Positions 50,053-58,790 of a stretch of 64,000 bases of DNA are shown here, one piece after another. The notes under the pieces are model-generated. The model was given only the letters and a program-made list of their open reading frames with translations, had not been told where the DNA came from and ran no database searches. Position 1 is the first letter of the stretch. Each line of letters opens with the position of its first letter. Source of the DNA: Verrucomicrobiota bacterium (GTDB lineage Bacteria > Verrucomicrobiota > Verrucomicrobiia > Limisphaerales > SXQI01); contig JANRLX010000027.1 of NCBI GenBank assembly GCA_033762115.1, forward strand, positions 1 through 64,000. The letters run 5' to 3'. Position numbers and translations under genes: made by a program.

Positions 50053-50155
50053 GTCTTAAACGACAATCATTCTTCTTATTGCCTTTAGCGAATGATTCTG
50101 TAAGTCGTGCAATGCGCCTTACGTAAAACGGCCCCGCAAGGGGCCGTTTTATTTT
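50053..50155 (+). ncRNA. candidate small RNA (about 100 nt)
   Basis: No ORF; stem acgac-aatcattc / gaatgatt-gtcgt; ends in a strong plus-strand terminator although both neighbours are minus-strand genes. Confidence 0.5.
50124..50155 (+). terminator. Rho-independent terminator
   Basis: taaaacggcccc-GCAA-ggggccgtttta then tttt. Confidence 0.85.
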
Positions 50156-50185
50156 GCTCGTTATTCTTATGTAAGTCGTTCCACA

Positions 50186-51286
50186 TTAGCATTTAAGGCT
50201 TTTCACTATCCGTGCGAGTTGTCGCAATTGACGTTCAGGGTCACACAGTTGAATTGCGCGTTGGTATCCGGCCTGACCCAGCCGCTGACGGCGAACGGAA
50301 TCCTCCAATAACTCCTTGATTGCACTCCTTAACGCTGGGAGATCACCGGATGGAACCAACATGGCATTATGTTCATCCAATAATTCCAGTGCTCCGCCAA
50401 TCCGTGAGGTAATGATTGGAAGAGAAGCGAGTGCTGCTTCAACAAAAACAATACTGAATCCTTCTCCGGCTATATTCGGTTGGCAAAAGAGGTCGGCAGC
50501 GGTCATCAGGGAGGCAATATCTGAACGGTGCCCCAGGAACCGGACCCGTTCCCCGAGACCGTGTTTAACGCAAAGAGCGCCAAGATACTGGAAATACTGA
50601 CGCTCCTGGTCTGTGGCAGGTCCTCCCGCGATCCAGGCTACCCACGGTTTTGAACTCTTGAGATCGGCAAGGGCTTGAAGCAGTTGCTCATGACCTTTCC
50701 ACGGTTCCATTCGACTGGCCTGTAGAATCACATTGGTTTCTTCCGGGGTGGAGAGTTCCCGGCGGAGGCGGGCGCGCGTTTCTGCGCGGTTCAACGAGGG
50801 CCGCGCAACCGGGGCATAAAAGAGTTCGGTTCGAACGTCGCGGAAAATCTTCGGGACAGATGCAACTGTTTCCTGGCTGACGGCCAATACAAGATCTGGT
50901 TTGTGGCGCTGGCCAAGATGATGGATCAACGTTTTCTTTACAAAAGGGATATGCATCCAAAAAATGAGAGGGAGCCTGCTGCGTTTGGCAATTGCTCCAA
51001 AAAGGGCGAGTGACCAAAAGGAATGAACAATCAGCGCGTCAGGCTGAAGGGTGGAAAGCAGAGTGCGAAGTGATTGCCGGGTTCGCCATACTGAGAGAGG
51101 ATTGCGCAGTTGCGCAGGCTTTAATCGATGGACCGGAGCGCCACGGGATTGCAAGTCCCCGGCAAGTTGAGCTTCCCAGCAGAGAGCGAAGTGGTGCTCC
51201 AGTCCGTGGGAGTGGAGCGGCAATGTAAGAAGGATGCGTTCAATCCCCCCAAACAAATTCCCACTATGAAGATGCAGGATTCGCAT
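50186..51286 (-). CDS. GT4 glycosyltransferase
   Basis: GGIER, SRMEPWKG, EGFSIVFVEA. Confidence 0.9.
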   Translation of the reverse strand: MRILHLHSGNLFGGIERILLTLPLHSHGLEHHFALCWEAQLAGDLQSRGAPVHRLKPAQLRNPLSVWRTRQSLRTLLSTLQPDALIVHSFWSLALFGAIAKRSRLPLIFWMHIPFVKKTLIHHLGQRHKPDLVLAVSQETVASVPKIFRDVRTELFYAPVARPSLNRAETRARLRRELSTPEETNVILQASRMEPWKGHEQLLQALADLKSSKPWVAWIAGGPATDQERQYFQYLGALCVKHGLGERVRFLGHRSDIASLMTAADLFCQPNIAGEGFSIVFVEAALASLPIITSRIGGALELLDEHNAMLVPSGDLPALRSAIKELLEDSVRRQRLGQAGYQRAIQLCDPERQLRQLARIVKSLKC

Positions 51287-51293
51287 TCAATTA

Positions 51294-52469
51294 TTAACCG
51301 GGTACCAAATCTGAAAATAGTTGTTCGAGAGCGTTGATGTGGTGCTCGAGAGTGAATTTTCGTGCTGTTTGAAAAGCCCCCGCTCTGAGTTGATGCAAAT
51401 ACGCACGAGAAGCGCAGCAACGTGCCACGGCTTCTGCAAAATGGGAGGGGGAAGGCGGATTCGAAGAGGCCAAATGCCCGTTCACACCTTCATCGAGCCA
51501 TTCTGAAATTCCGCCGACATCAAATGCTGCGGCCGGAACGCCGAAAGCGGCGGCTTCAAGTCCGACCAGACCGAACGGTTCCGGCCAGATGCCTGGCATT
51601 ACCAGGAGATCAGTTTCGAGAAATAGTTTTTCACGTTCCAAGGGATTAACCCATCCAATGAATTGAATGGTAATCAGGGGTGAAGTGATCTGGCGCGCCT
51701 GATCCATCCATTGTTTCCGGCAGGGACCATCGCCTGCGAAGGTCAGTAATAAAGGGCGATCCAGTTGATGTTGAATGGCGGGTAATGATTCGAGCAGCAA
51801 ACCACCTCCCTTGAGATGATCCATGCGCCCAAGAAAAAGCAGGCGAACATGGTCGTTCCTTGGGAGAAAACTGGTAGATGATCGGGCCGCTTGCATCACA
51901 AAAGGTTTCAGGTGAACGATCTGTCCTCTTGGAAAGCCATGATTTAAATATTCACGGGTCAAATGCCCTGAAAAAGTAACGATTCTTGAAAAAGACCGGA
52001 TGGCTTGAAGCTGGGACCAGGCATTCTGATAATCATGAAGCATCGTCAAAGGATTCAACCCCCCGCAACGTTTCGGAAAAAAATGAGCAAGACAACCGCG
52101 ACCCAAAGGGCGGGAACAGGCATGTCCCTGGGATTGCCAGGTTTTCAGGCCACTGATGCAAGTGGCCCGATAATCATGCGCGAAATAAAGCGACGGTGCG
52201 AGGGGGAACAGTCGAACGAGATACCGGGGTGAACTGACACCGTGGCAATGAACCATGGTGGGGGACCAGGAATGGGCTTTCTCCTCCCAATTCCTGTCAG
52301 TCAAAGACCAGGAATGTGAAACCAGGGAATTCAATTCGCCCGGGCCTTCGTTCTCATGGATTAAAGCGAGTTCATGACCGCTTGCTCGCAAGGCAGGCAG
52401 CAGGTTGGAGAGATATCCTTCGATGCCACCGAGTAGGCGCGATTCACGGTTTACGATGAGGAGGCGCAT
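51294..52469 (-). CDS. GT4 glycosyltransferase
   Basis: GGIEGY, HDY..C, GRMDHLKG, EPFGLVGLEA. Confidence 0.9.
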   Translation of the reverse strand: MRLLIVNRESRLLGGIEGYLSNLLPALRASGHELALIHENEGPGELNSLVSHSWSLTDRNWEEKAHSWSPTMVHCHGVSSPRYLVRLFPLAPSLYFAHDYRATCISGLKTWQSQGHACSRPLGRGCLAHFFPKRCGGLNPLTMLHDYQNAWSQLQAIRSFSRIVTFSGHLTREYLNHGFPRGQIVHLKPFVMQAARSSTSFLPRNDHVRLLFLGRMDHLKGGGLLLESLPAIQHQLDRPLLLTFAGDGPCRKQWMDQARQITSPLITIQFIGWVNPLEREKLFLETDLLVMPGIWPEPFGLVGLEAAAFGVPAAAFDVGGISEWLDEGVNGHLASSNPPSPSHFAEAVARCCASRAYLHQLRAGAFQTARKFTLEHHINALEQLFSDLVPG

Positions 52470-53572
52470 CTGGAGGGTAAAAGGGGATAGGTGGCGGCGA
52501 GCGGATGTTGGTGCACTTCGATCAATTTTTCCAAAATCGCAGCAGAGTCGCCAGTGGGAACAATCCAACCATTTATCCCGGGGCGGATTAACTCTTTCAT
52601 CCCGGTGTCCCCTGAAGCGATCACAGGCACCCCGCAGGCGAGCGCTTCGAGACCGGCATATGCAAGCCCATCATTATAACTCGGATGTACGCAGACATCG
52701 GCCTGCTGCAAACAAGGTAATGGATCGCCGGGCCGGATCTGAATTCGGGGATCGGACCGAACGGCTTGCTGCAGGAAACGATTCATCTGGCGAGTGCCTG
52801 AGCCGCCAATCAAAAGCAATTCAGCGGGGGAAGTCTGAAACGATTGGAACGCCCTGATCAAAACCTGCACCCCTTTAGTGACACTCAAGCTTCCGACGTA
52901 AACGACTCGAAATATATCCTCCTTTTCCCTGCGGTTTGGCGGCACAAAACGGCTTGCAGGCGTGAGGTCAAAACGGGTGAGCTTGCCGGGAGAAATGCCC
53001 TCCTGAACAAAGCTTTCCCTGGTGTAGTTGCTGGAATAGTAAATCCCGGAGGCAAGTTCATATTCAGCAAGAAATCGTTGATGCATTCCACGCAAGTAGC
53101 CGATCGGCTCAATCGGATGATCATGAAATGCCTGCCGCATTTTTCGGGCAGTCAGGTTGAAGTGAGAATTGGCCGCGGCAAGAATCCTTGCAGAGGCCCG
53201 GGCGTGGCGAAAGGTTGTGAGAGCCTGCCCATTGAAGCAAATGAGCAGGTCGGTCTCGATTTGACGGGAAGCCACCGCGCGATCAAAAAGCCTGTTTTCA
53301 AAGTAGATTTGCCACTCTCGATAAAATCGCAGAGGAGACCATCGTTGCAGCAGGCGCAGACCTGCCAGGGAAATGGAATGGCCATGCGGGTCCCTGGACA
53401 GAGGACGCAGGCAGAAATATTCCGTTGAAACCTGGGGTTGATAATACTCGACAACTTCCTGCAGGTGCCGTCCCAGGCCGCCGGTCCCAAACGGGGCGCA
53501 ACAGGCAATAGCCACTTTCCGCGTGGCAGCAGAAAGGGGAGGGCGATTTGTGAATGGAACAGGCTGGTTCAA
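52451..53572 (-). CDS. GT4 glycosyltransferase
   Basis: GGLG, VGSLSVTKG, DGLAYAGLEALACGVPVI. Confidence 0.88.
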   Translation of the reverse strand: MNQPVPFTNRPPLSAATRKVAIACCAPFGTGGLGRHLQEVVEYYQPQVSTEYFCLRPLSRDPHGHSISLAGLRLLQRWSPLRFYREWQIYFENRLFDRAVASRQIETDLLICFNGQALTTFRHARASARILAAANSHFNLTARKMRQAFHDHPIEPIGYLRGMHQRFLAEYELASGIYYSSNYTRESFVQEGISPGKLTRFDLTPASRFVPPNRREKEDIFRVVYVGSLSVTKGVQVLIRAFQSFQTSPAELLLIGGSGTRQMNRFLQQAVRSDPRIQIRPGDPLPCLQQADVCVHPSYNDGLAYAGLEALACGVPVIASGDTGMKELIRPGINGWIVPTGDSAAILEKLIEVHQHPLAATYPLLPSRCASSS

Positions 53573-54420
53573 GGGCGGAGAAATTTGATGGCGGTGCGGA
53601 GGGCCTCGAAACGTACCTTGCGCCTGAGTGAACTGGGAGTTGTTAATTGGGCGGAAGAGCGTTGCAGGTCCCAGTAATTAATCGCCACTTGCGCTTCGTA
53701 AAGCCCCATACAAAGACTCCAGACAAGGCCATGCATTCCGTGACGCCAGGCGCCGGAAGCAAAGTAACGGCCGAGAAATTCAGAAACAGGGCGTCGCAGC
53801 AGCCAGGGCCAGATTGGTGGAGCAACGTTTTGCTTGAGACGTTCTGCGTCCAGCCGGCTGTAACGAAGCTGCTTCTCCAGGAATTTTCCCAGGTCAAGGA
53901 CATAACCGGTGTGCTCTATTGCAGCTTCCGGGTCTGGCGGGAGGTGATGAATGGGACCCTTAATTTCAGGATGCTCATGGATCAAGCCGCTCCAGCTTGC
54001 CAGCCCTTTTCGCACGAGCCTGGTCTGAGGGTCAGGCCAGCAACCATGCTCCAGCCAGGTGCCGAGAAAATAATTTTTCCGCGGAACAGTAAAAGCGGCG
54101 GCCGCTTCGCTGTTTTTAATGGCATTGCGCAATCCGTTGGCCAAAGCCGGGGTGGCGCGTTCATCCGCGTCGAGGATGAAGACCCAATCGTGAGTGCATT
54201 GAGCCAGCGCGAGATTACGGACTTTTTCAACGATTGGCAGAACGGGCATTTCCAGGACACGAGCACCGAAGCGCACGGCAATTGAGCGGGTCTGGTCTGT
54301 GCTCGCCATGTCTGCCACCAGCAGCTCGTCCGCCCATTGGAGGGACTCCAGACAACCGGCCAGTTGATTTTCCTCGTTGCGAGTATGCACCAGCGCCGTG
54401 ATCTGTGGCGAAATGCTCAT
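53569..54420 (-). CDS. GT2 glycosyltransferase (beta-1,4-glucosyltransferase-like)
   Basis: TRNEE, STDQT, ILDADE, WPD.Q.RL, IHE. Confidence 0.9.
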   Translation of the reverse strand: MSISPQITALVHTRNEENQLAGCLESLQWADELLVADMASTDQTRSIAVRFGARVLEMPVLPIVEKVRNLALAQCTHDWVFILDADERATPALANGLRNAIKNSEAAAAFTVPRKNYFLGTWLEHGCWPDPQTRLVRKGLASWSGLIHEHPEIKGPIHHLPPDPEAAIEHTGYVLDLGKFLEKQLRYSRLDAERLKQNVAPPIWPWLLRRPVSEFLGRYFASGAWRHGMHGLVWSLCMGLYEAQVAINYWDLQRSSAQLTTPSSLRRKVRFEALRTAIKFLRP

Positions 54421-54576
54421 ACCTCGATTAATCGCTGTTCAATGAGGCAAGTAAAGATCGCAAGTGGATTTGACGTTCGATTAAATCATCATTCCAGGGG
54501 ATTGATTCGGCTGGTCAAAAAAGCTGGTTCCGGTTAACAAAGCGGCGTCTGTCGAAGCTTTGACAGAGGATCATCC

Positions 54577-55461
54577 ATGAGCGCACAAACCTTTGCCGAA
54601 TTTTATAGAGCGAAAAAGCCCGTCATTTCTTTCGAGGTGTTTCCTCCAAAAACAGATGCCGCTTACGATAATCTCCGGCAAATCCTGCCTGAATTAGTGG
54701 CGCTGAAACCGGACTTCATGACAGTGACATATGGGGCCTTTGGGTCCACCCAGGAACGGACGCTGGAAATTGCCCGGTTGATCCAGGACAAGTATGGCTT
54801 GCCCACAGCCTGCCACCTCACATGTGTCGGGTCATCACGGAGCGACCTGGACAAAATTCTTTCTGATTTTGAAAAAGCCGGGATCAAAAACATCGTGGCT
54901 TTGAGAGGGGACCCTCCTCAGGGGCAAACCGCTTTTGTGCCACCGGCTGATGGTTACTCCCATGCAGACCAGCTCGTTCGCCACATTCGTGATCGTGAAA
55001 GCAGCGGCGGGACTCGGTTTGGCATCGTGGTGGCCGGATACCCGGAAAAGCATGTGGAAGCTCCGGACCTTCAAACCGACATGTTGAATTTGAAGCGAAA
55101 GGTCGAGGCTGGCGCTGACGGGGTGGTAACCCAGCTTTTTTACGAGAATGACTTCTTCTTCAGATTTCAGGATTCCATGCAAAAGCTGGGAGTGCATGTG
55201 CCAATCATCCCGGGCCTGTTACCAGTCCTCTCGGCCAAACAAATCATGCGCATCACATCCCTTTGCGGTTCCTGTCTGCCCAAGGGATTGATGGCTGAAT
55301 TGGAATTGGCTGGAGATGATGCTGACAAAGCGGAAGCCATCGGGGTCAAGCAATGCGTAGCGCAGGCGAAAGAACTGATTGCGCGCGGGGTTCCCGGAAT
55401 TCATTTTTATGTGCTGAACAAGTCCTCGCACATGAAGCAGATCATGGCATCCTTGCGCTGA
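54577..55461 (+). CDS. metF: methylenetetrahydrofolate reductase
   Basis: SFEVFPPK, VTYGA, HLTC, ALRGDPP, GYPEKH, TQLF, HFYVLN. Confidence 0.96.
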   Translation: MSAQTFAEFYRAKKPVISFEVFPPKTDAAYDNLRQILPELVALKPDFMTVTYGAFGSTQERTLEIARLIQDKYGLPTACHLTCVGSSRSDLDKILSDFEKAGIKNIVALRGDPPQGQTAFVPPADGYSHADQLVRHIRDRESSGGTRFGIVVAGYPEKHVEAPDLQTDMLNLKRKVEAGADGVVTQLFYENDFFFRFQDSMQKLGVHVPIIPGLLPVLSAKQIMRITSLCGSCLPKGLMAELELAGDDADKAEAIGVKQCVAQAKELIARGVPGIHFYVLNKSSHMKQIMASLR

Positions 55462-55464
55462 TCC

Positions 55465-56445
55465 TCAGGCCGGGTTCTCCCATCGAAGTGGTTCAAATAT
55501 CAATTCCGCACGCCCGTTCTGGTGTAGCAGCACACGGTAAAATCCCCCGTCCTTGAGCAATTGCGACCCCGCCAGGGAAGGGCAAAGGACCACCTTGAAC
55601 GGTTTCCAGCCCCTTGCCCGGTTTAATGCAGAACTCATCCTTCGCACGGCATTCCCCAAAAATGTCAGCGTCGGCATTCCTGCCAGAACCCGGCTCAAGC
55701 GGAAAACAAGCGGTGTGTGAAGATGGCCAATTACAGTGCGTTCGATTTGTGAGAAGCGTTCACTGACCTGGGGAATTTGCGCGAGGAACGGCAGGGCGCT
55801 GGGATCATGGCAAAAAAGCAGAATGCGATGGCCGGGAGGAATGTCTTCAAACAATGCGGCCACTTTTCTGATATGTTCGTTTCTTGATTCTTTCCAGGCA
55901 TCACGCTCATTTGGCAGCGTTTCCGGTTCAAATACAGGCAACGCGAGCAAACTTGAAGTAACTCCGATCAATGTATGAAATTCGAGCTTTACCGACCATG
56001 TGGGTTGAAGCCCAAGCTCATGGGTCGCTCGTTGCAAACTCCCAATTCGAAACCCTCCGCTCCTCCCTGCCAGGCTCTGCTTGCCGATTTCATGATCTCC
56101 GATGGTCAATCGCAGGCGTGCGCCAAATTTTTCGCGAAGTTTGCCAATACAAAGCGAGGCGCTTTGAAACGAAGGATCATCCATCACACCGATAAACGCT
56201 GAATCGCATGAGTAATCGCCATTGGCGATGACAATATCCGGCGCTCCAGCGCGCTCCAGCAACTGGTCCAGCAGGTGATTATGTCCGAATGGATCGCGCA
56301 ACCAGACCACTCTCCGGAAAAAACGAATGAACATGCGGGACATTGGATTGTGAACCTGCTGAAGTTCAAAATCCACTCGCTCCTTTTCAGCCGGCCCCGC
56401 AAAATGAATATCGCTGAGGACCAGCAGCTGTTTCGTTTCCGCCAT
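55465..56445 (-). CDS. calcineurin-like metallophosphoesterase
   Basis: SDIH, NGD, GDHE, CHDP, GHLH. Confidence 0.85.
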   Translation of the reverse strand: MAETKQLLVLSDIHFAGPAEKERVDFELQQVHNPMSRMFIRFFRRVVWLRDPFGHNHLLDQLLERAGAPDIVIANGDYSCDSAFIGVMDDPSFQSASLCIGKLREKFGARLRLTIGDHEIGKQSLAGRSGGFRIGSLQRATHELGLQPTWSVKLEFHTLIGVTSSLLALPVFEPETLPNERDAWKESRNEHIRKVAALFEDIPPGHRILLFCHDPSALPFLAQIPQVSERFSQIERTVIGHLHTPLVFRLSRVLAGMPTLTFLGNAVRRMSSALNRARGWKPFKVVLCPSLAGSQLLKDGGFYRVLLHQNGRAELIFEPLRWENPA

Positions 56446-56526
56446 TCGCGAACTTGAATAGCATAGAGTCGAACTTGAGGCGAATCTCCCTTGGACGGCT
56501 TCACAGCTGATGTAGAATGGGGAGGG

Positions 56527-57756
56527 ATGGTAGCAGAAGAGAGAACGCGGATCACCTACCGCAATGAACGTTGGCGGGCGGTTTCCGCGGGGGTGCTGGA
56601 GAGTGCCGGGACCGCATTTCTTCTTTTGATCGCCGTAAAATGGTTTCATGCCGGGGCCATCGCCAAAGCCCTCGTTGCAGGAGGCGGCAGCTTCGGACTG
56701 ATGCTTTCTCCCGTGATGGTGGGAGTTGTCAGCAGACTGGGCTGGCCCACTTCACGCGCTGCGGGGCGGCTGGCATTCATTGGCTGCGGCTTGTTTTTTT
56801 TGATGGCCATCTTCCCATTTATCGGGGTGTTTGTCGTGGGGAGTGTGCTTGCGATGACCATGTCCACAGCGGCAATCCCGTTGCTCACACATCTTTACCA
56901 TGAAAATTATCCGGAGAGCCTTCGCGGGCGGCTTTTCTCCCGGACAGTGATGATCCGCATCGCCTCGGCAGCAATTTTCAGTTATGCGGCGGGAGCTTTC
57001 CTGGATGTGGATATCGGAAGATTCCGATGGTTGCTCGTTGCTTTTGCCATGGCTTTTGCGCTGGCGGGCTGGAAACTGATACACTCTCCCTCTTCTCCCC
57101 TGCACGAACTGGAAGGCACGCATCCGTTTCGGTCTTTGAGATTTGCCAGGAGCGATCCGATGTTCCGTCGAACCTTGATTTCATGGATGTTGCTCGGTTT
57201 CGGCAATCTGATGATGGTCCCGATCCGGGTGGAATATCTTGCGAACCCCGGACACGGGCTCGGATTATCCGTGGAAAAAGTGGCATTGATCGTCGGCGTG
57301 GTTCCCAATCTCGCCCGGTTTGTGATGAGCCCGGTGTGGGGATGGTTTTTCGATCACCTGAATTTTTTTCTGCTGCGAGTTGTGCTGAATATCGGATTCG
57401 CTGTTGGCATCCTCTCCTTTTTCACCAGCGATAGTTACACCGGATTGATCATTGGGGCGGTGGTGTACGGTATCTCGATGGCCGGAGGCGACATCGCCTG
57501 GAGTTTATGGGTCACAAAGTTTGCGCCGCCGCAACGAGTCGCTGATTACATGAGTGTGCATACTTTCTTCACCGGCCTGCGCGGCATCGCGGCACCCATT
57601 GCAGCCTTTTATTTTTTGGGACTTTTTCCAGTGGTGTATCTGGGGTATTTCAGTGCCGCACTGATTGTGGTTGCCAGCCTGCTGCTGCTGCCGGAGATAA
57701 GAATCAATCGATTCGGCCGAAAATCCGGCGCTCTTACCGAGGAAGTGAGCGATTGA
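56527..57756 (+). CDS. MFS transporter
   Basis: About 12 TMs in two halves; YPESLRGR, WGWFFDH. Confidence 0.8.
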   Translation: MVAEERTRITYRNERWRAVSAGVLESAGTAFLLLIAVKWFHAGAIAKALVAGGGSFGLMLSPVMVGVVSRLGWPTSRAAGRLAFIGCGLFFLMAIFPFIGVFVVGSVLAMTMSTAAIPLLTHLYHENYPESLRGRLFSRTVMIRIASAAIFSYAAGAFLDVDIGRFRWLLVAFAMAFALAGWKLIHSPSSPLHELEGTHPFRSLRFARSDPMFRRTLISWMLLGFGNLMMVPIRVEYLANPGHGLGLSVEKVALIVGVVPNLARFVMSPVWGWFFDHLNFFLLRVVLNIGFAVGILSFFTSDSYTGLIIGAVVYGISMAGGDIAWSLWVTKFAPPQRVADYMSVHTFFTGLRGIAAPIAAFYFLGLFPVVYLGYFSAALIVVASLLLLPEIRINRFGRKSGALTEEVSD

Positions 57757-58773
57757 TCAACGCTGATGGGCTGCCCTGGTGAGACGATCCCGAACTCCTT
57801 CCCACTCGGGAGTTGCTGGCAGATCCTCAACAATGATCAATTTCGCGCCCGTTTCATCGCAGCGATGCAGCTCTGAATAAAGCGCCCGGGCATAGGCTTC
57901 AGCATCCGCTGGAATAAGCGCAATGCGACCAAGTGAATTGCTGTGGGGGACCTTCTCATGACAAACCAGGTGGATGAGCCTGGGATTTACCCCGCTTTCA
58001 TCGATGATCCTGGTTAACTCCGTTTCATTTTTCCATGTGCGCAAAACCAAGCAGGCTTGAGGGGAATAATGGCGTGCGAGTTGCCCAGGACTTTTTGCCG
58101 GGCCATTCGAAATTTTTTTCGAGTCGCGCTGCTCTTTTCCCAGGGTCTTTTCAATAGCTTTGCTTGTGATCGAACCGGGTCGCAGAAGATGGAACCCTGA
58201 GGCCGTCACTTCAATTACCGTGGATTCAATTCCCACCGCTGAGGGACCTGCATCAATCACGAGCGGAATTCGTTCACCAAGGCTTTTGATCACATGTTCA
58301 GCCTGGGTGGGTGAAAGCTCGTTGGAACTGTTGGCGCTGGGCGCGGCCAGTGGAAAACCGCACTCCTGGATCAGCGCCTGCATGAACGGATGAGAGGGCC
58401 AGCGAATGCCCACAGTGTTCCCTCCGGCGGTAACAGCATCCGGAATTCTGGAAGATTTGGGCAGGACAATCGTTAAGGGGCCGGGCCAAAATTGACGCGC
58501 CAAAAGTTCCGCATCCTCCGGCCAGTTGCTGACACATTGCAGCGCCATTTCGCGAGAAGCAACGTGGACAATCAACGGATTGCTTGCAGGCCTTTCCTTG
58601 GCCGCAAAAATTCGCAGGACGGCCTCCTCGTCCCAGGCATTTGCCGCCAGCCCGTAAACAGTTTCCGTCGGTACGGCCACCAGTTCTCCGCGACGCAGCA
58701 GTTCGGCGGCTTTGAAGACGGCATGACGCAGGTCGTCAGGAAATTCGATTCGAAAAATTTCCGCCACAATCAA
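57757..58773 (-). CDS. sua5: L-threonylcarbamoyladenylate synthase (Sua5, YrdC + SUA5 domains)
   Basis: PTETVYGL, KERP.NPLIVH, FWPGPLT, AAPSAN, GIEST, PGQLARHYSP. Confidence 0.95.
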   Translation of the reverse strand: MIVAEIFRIEFPDDLRHAVFKAAELLRRGELVAVPTETVYGLAANAWDEEAVLRIFAAKERPASNPLIVHVASREMALQCVSNWPEDAELLARQFWPGPLTIVLPKSSRIPDAVTAGGNTVGIRWPSHPFMQALIQECGFPLAAPSANSSNELSPTQAEHVIKSLGERIPLVIDAGPSAVGIESTVIEVTASGFHLLRPGSITSKAIEKTLGKEQRDSKKISNGPAKSPGQLARHYSPQACLVLRTWKNETELTRIIDESGVNPRLIHLVCHEKVPHSNSLGRIALIPADAEAYARALYSELHRCDETGAKLIIVEDLPATPEWEGVRDRLTRAAHQR

Positions 58774-58790
58774 TTCTCTGCGATCGCTTC

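Noticed and set aside
54460..54530. SAM-II/V riboswitch before metF
   Set aside because: GATTTG and an A-run are present but P1 and pseudoknot pairings cannot be built
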